Shown: one piece after another, positions 62,044 through 64,000 of the stretch
How positions within the stretch are numbered: the stretch's first letter is position 1
How the letters are laid out: each line of letters begins with the position of its first letter
Notes under the pieces: generated by a model
The model's input: the letters and a program-made list of their open reading frames with translations, nothing else
What the model was told of the DNA's origin: nothing
Database searches by the model: none
Origin: Podarcis cretensis
Lineage: Eukaryota
NCBI GenBank assembly: GCA_951804945.1
Contig: OX638153.1
Coordinates: 98,952,001 to 99,016,000, forward strand
Direction of reading: 5' to 3'
DNA: 64,000 nt
Program-made: the position numbers and the translations under genes

Positions 62044-62575
62044 GGTAGCCATGTTGGTCTGCCATAGTCAAAACAAAGGTGCTACTGGAAGGATTTTTTT
62101 TTATTTTGTTTTGACTATGGCAGACCAACACGGCTACTTATCTGTAACTGCAAATATCAATGCACCTCTTGTAGTTTGGTTTTCCCACCCAAAAATAAGC
62201 CAGGACAGATTGTGGATCCCAAGCACCAGCCAAGCTCTCACCTTGCACTCTCTGATCTCGTGACATCCAGTAGAGGATGCCCCGAGCATCTTCCTTGAGA
62301 TCGGGATCTTGCGAGATGAGACGGACGCGCTTCTTATTGTACTTGAACTCTGCGACGGAGGGCGCCGCGTCCAGGCGGGCTCGCTTGACGGCCTCGGCCA
62401 GGGCGGCAGAGCCTCTGCTGCCCACATCCCCTTCCCCAGCCGCCTTCTTAGTGCCAGGCGGTGCCCCAGATGCCAACCTCCCGTTGTTCTCCAACCCATC
62501 AGGGAATAGCGCTCCCTCTTCTGCCCCTTCCTGCTTAGACTCGGCTGAATTCCGCTTTCTCCTCTTCTGTGACAT
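46063..62575 (-). CDS. phr: Class II CPD photolyase (deoxyribodipyrimidine photo-lyase), spliced; 9 coding exons, 1611 nt, 536 aa from ATG 62575
   Basis: Exons (-): 62242-62575, 58208-58353, 55260-55442, 53269-53427, 51759-51957, 50293-50445, 47839-47960, 46410-46569, 46063-46217. All GT-AG and in phase. Class II motifs: [105 protein letters not shown]. Confidence 0.97.
46410..46569 (-). CDS. phr: Photolyase exon ([24 protein letters not shown]...DGRDPNGYV)
   Basis: cttcag acceptor, G|gtcagt donor; 160 nt. Confidence 0.96.
47149..47599 (-). mobile_element. L1-clade LINE 3' fragment
   Basis: ORF2 C-terminus in ORF 47332..47715 ([14 protein letters not shown]...[10 protein letters not shown]...EDWKTF); 12-bp TSD aatcccccttta 47137-47148 / 47600-47611. 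Confidence 0.85.
47839..47960 (-). CDS. phr: Photolyase exon ([41 protein letters not shown])
   Basis: AAG-type acceptor (ccaaag), CAG|gtaaac donor; 122 nt. Confidence 0.93.
48035..48411 (-). mobile_element. Sauria SINE (older subfamily)
   Basis: aaaggta tail; shared core (aaacgccgtttaccttccc, tttatctacttgcac); head cacagcgccacc. Confidence 0.85.
48489..50263 (+). mobile_element. 5'-truncated L1-clade LINE, intact ORF2 C-terminal part (48551-49906, 451 aa), antisense to photolyase
   Basis: [17 protein letters not shown]...[12 protein letters not shown] and CCHC knuckle CWKC...HLWWTC; AATAAA + A tail; perfect 18-bp TSD agaaaggcgaaacaggtg 48471-48488 / 50264-50281. Confidence 0.95.
50293..50445 (-). 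CDS. phr: Photolyase exon ([12 protein letters not shown]...[26 protein letters not shown])
   Basis: ccacag acceptor, G|gtaaat donor; 153 nt; not in the ORF track. Confidence 0.95.
50527..50810 (+). mobile_element. L2-clade LINE 3' fragment
   Basis: Same family as 26277-26630 and 61152-62040 (gggccttctcggtagtg...ccatcagatgtcaagg...cagccagatgggcggg). Confidence 0.85.
51759..51957 (-). CDS. phr: Photolyase exon ([14 protein letters not shown]...[18 protein letters not shown])
   Basis: ctgcag acceptor, G|gtgagt donor; 199 nt. Confidence 0.95.
52652..52918 (-). mobile_element. tRNA-derived SINE, Squam3/CORE-like
   Basis: Reverse complement gggagccagtgtggtgtagtggttaagagc...gggttcgcgtc...gggtgaccttgggccagtcac; (TTC)n tail. 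Confidence 0.75.
53269..53427 (-). CDS. phr: Photolyase exon ([24 protein letters not shown]...EFQAE)
   Basis: ctccag acceptor, GAG|gtagca donor; 159 nt. Confidence 0.95.
54078..55080 (+). mobile_element. Rex1/Babar-clade LINE, 5'-truncated and frameshifted
   Basis: [54 protein letters not shown]; ends aataaaagt(att)n. Confidence 0.85.
55260..55442 (-). CDS. phr: Photolyase exon ([14 protein letters not shown]...[14 protein letters not shown]...PFVQ)
   Basis: cctag acceptor, CAG|gtaggg donor; 183 nt. Confidence 0.95.
56072..56421 (-). mobile_element. Sauria SINE
   Basis: taaaggtaaagg tail and cacagcgccacc head; homologous to 60319-60645. Confidence 0.85.
56875..57943. mobile_element. Putative Penelope-like insertion (inverted terminal repeat + 39-nt tail) containing a nested Bov-B
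   Basis: 15-bp TSD ctatttacagcatcc 56860-56874 / 57944-57958; IR arms ~56875-56920 / ~57859-57904; no ORF seen, so the class is inferred from architecture only. Confidence 0.55.
57342..57801 (+). mobile_element. Bov-B (RTE-clade) LINE 3' fragment
   Basis: [26 protein letters not shown]...LEKTLMLGK...[10 protein letters not shown]; (CAA)n tail; 10-bp TSD atggtgaatg 57332-57341 / 57802-57811. Confidence 0.93.
58208..58353 (-). CDS. phr: Photolyase exon ([49 protein letters not shown])
   Basis: ccccag acceptor, GAG|gtaccg donor; 146 nt. Confidence 0.95.
58734..58947. mobile_element. Tc1/mariner-type MITE nested in an older L2 fragment (~58555-59160)
   Basis: Imperfect TIRs caatcgtacctcgggtt / aacccgagcgtcgactg, TA flanks; removing it restores the L2-like cttcattatacatctttaggcgccaggc. 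Confidence 0.75.
59290..59755 (-). mobile_element. Rex1/Babar-clade LINE 3' fragment
   Basis: ORF 59468..59749 ([10 protein letters not shown]...[18 protein letters not shown]...RLRNSFYP). Confidence 0.82.
60319..60645 (-). mobile_element. Sauria SINE, 5'-truncated
   Basis: (AAAGGT)n tail and core as in the other copies. Confidence 0.85.
60647..60979 (-). mobile_element. L2-clade LINE 3' fragment with (TTA)n tail
   Basis: Reverse complement of the 61700-62040 sequence. Confidence 0.85.
61035..62146. mobile_element. Putative Penelope-like insertion with inverted repeats, interrupted by an L2
   Basis: 15-bp TSD actgcaaatatcaat 61020-61034 / 62147-62161; IR 61035-61068 / 62076-62109; 37-nt tail 62110-62146 whose inverted copy lies at 62045-62077. 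Confidence 0.65.
61152..62040 (+). mobile_element. L2-clade LINE, 5'-truncated
   Basis: ORF 61156..61554 ([13 protein letters not shown]...[10 protein letters not shown]...[14 protein letters not shown]...[11 protein letters not shown]); (TTA)n tail; short atagg duplication at its ends. Confidence 0.92.
62242..62575 (-). CDS. phr: Photolyase exon with ATG (MSQKRRKR...[10 protein letters not shown]); the exon probably begins at acceptor 62699 or 62669
   Basis: gccATG Kozak context; CAAG|gtgaga donor; CpG-rich. Confidence 0.88.
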
Positions 62576-62731
62576 GGCTGGCCGCGCCCCGGGGACCGCA
62601 GAGAGGTTGCGCACCAACCACGAGACCCAGGCGGGGCCGGAATGGGGAGAGACGCAAGTGATGACCCGTCTGGGGAGCAGGTTGGAAGGAAGAAGCAGCC
62701 TGCAAGCAAGCACATAAGAACATCATTAGTG

Positions 62732-63305
62732 AGCTTCTGGGAGATGATATATAATGAGATGAAAAAAATGTTGAAATACACATTTATAAAGAAACCAGAA
62801 GCATTTTTATTGGGCATTGTGGGGAGTGATGTAAACAGAAAGGAATGCAAGCTTTTTTTATATGCAACAACAGCAGCTAGAATATTATTGGCCCAAAAAT
62901 GGAAACAAGAAGAATTACCGACGATCGAAGAATGGAGGATGAAGTTAATGGATTATGCAGAATTAGATAAATTAACAGGAAGGATTCGAAACCGGCGGGA
63001 CCAGAAATTCACGGAAGACTGGAGTAAATTTATGGAATATTTGAAAAGTATTTGTGAAGATCTGACGACGTTTGTAGGGTTGCAAAAAGTTTTGTGAGGA
63101 GTATTATTGGAATTATTACAAAAATGGATAAAGGGGAGGATGATTTGTTAAGAGATTTAAAGGTAATATAAAATGCAGAAGTGATTACAACGGTGGATTT
63201 TCAGAGGTGTTGATGGAAGTCTAAAAAGATTGTATAAGTGATAAAGTTGTGTGGTACATTTTATAATTTATATGTTAAAATCAATAAAAATTATATTAAA
63301 AAAAA
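62732..63305 (+). mobile_element. L1-clade LINE 3' fragment, antisense to photolyase
   Basis: [30 protein letters not shown]...[14 protein letters not shown], homologous to the 48551 ORF end; AATAAA + A tail; TSD aagaacatcatt(a/g)gtg 62716-62731 / 63306-63321. Confidence 0.92.
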
Positions 63306-63836
63306 AAGAACATCATTGGTGGATCAGGCTATGGGGGCCTCCATTCCAGCCGTCTCCAACTAGAGTCCATATTGGTGTGGCGGTTAAGAGTGCCGACTAC
63401 GACCTGGGAGAGACCTGGGTTCAAATTCCCACTCGGCCACGAAGATCGTTTCCTCTCAGCCTGACCCACCTCACAGAGATTTGAAAAAGAAAACTCAGAA
63501 CCCTGTGCAGCACCTGGAGCTCCTAGGGGGAAAATGTGGGATAGAAATGCAGCAATAAAATAAATAAATTCCTGGCCCTTCAGGTATTTGAGACAACAAC
63601 TCCAGAACTTCTGGAGGGTACCAGGACGCTGTAATCCCATTTACTCCCCCCCCCCTGCAGTGAACGATTACCGTATTTTTCACTCTATAGGACGCACTTT
63701 TTCCCCTCCAAAAATTAATGGGGAATGTGTGTGCGTCCTATGGAGCGAATGCAGGCTCCTTGGCTTCAGCGAAAGCAACACAAAGCCTCTGAAGCGCAGA
63801 GGGAGTGCTCCCTCCACGCTCCAGAGGCTTCGTGTT

Positions 63837-64000
63837 GAATCATAGAATCCTAGAGTTGGAAGAGACCACAAGGGCCATCGAGTCCAACCCCCTGCCAAGC
63901 AGGAAACACCATCAGAGCACTCCTGACATATGGTTGTCAAGCCTCTGCTTAAAGACCTCCAAAGAAGGAGACTCCACCACACTCCTTGGCAGCAAATTCC
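63837..64000 (-). mobile_element. CR1 LINE 3' end (runs off the window)
   Basis: gaatcatagaatcctagagttggaagagacc...gtccaaccccctg is the reverse complement of the CR1 terminal motif with its ATTCTRTG-type repeat. Confidence 0.8.

Noticed and set aside
62134-62850. 238-aa alternative-frame ORF over the photolyase ATG exon
   Set aside because: It starts in antisense L1 sequence, has no recognisable domain, and is expected by chance in a GC-rich exon.

Overview
Eukaryotic (vertebrate) genomic DNA, almost certainly a squamate reptile and most likely a lacertid-type lizard (inferred from Sauria SINEs, Squam3-like SINEs, Bov-B, L2, CR1, Rex1, L1 and Penelope-like repeats). It holds two convergent, intron-rich genes whose exons I resolved by GT-AG boundaries and phase continuity. 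(1) RUBCN (Rubicon) on +: 21 coding exons from 8613 to the stop at 41089, first coding exon not found in the window, putative 4.6-kb 3'UTR with AATAAA at 45689. (2) A class II CPD photolyase on -: 9 coding exons, ATG at 62575 to stop at 46063, 536 aa. Most short six-frame ORFs are intronic noise or retroelement fragments; there are no prokaryotic systems, CRISPR arrays or true tRNA/rRNA genes. Main leads, all hypotheses needing data: a ~98% identical inverted Sauria SINE pair bracketing two frame-preserving RUBCN exons (candidate circRNA with a stop-free 59-codon circular ORF); an in-frame mitochondrial-presequence-like extension ahead of the NLS-bearing photolyase ATG; a 45-nt RUBCN microexon encoding a PxIxIT/SIM-like motif; three antisense L1 insertions within ~20 nt of splice sites; a likely 3' overlap of the two transcripts; a perfect 87-bp-arm inverted duplication; and two Penelope-like insertions sharing an inverted-repeat + ~38-nt tail + 15-bp TSD architecture.
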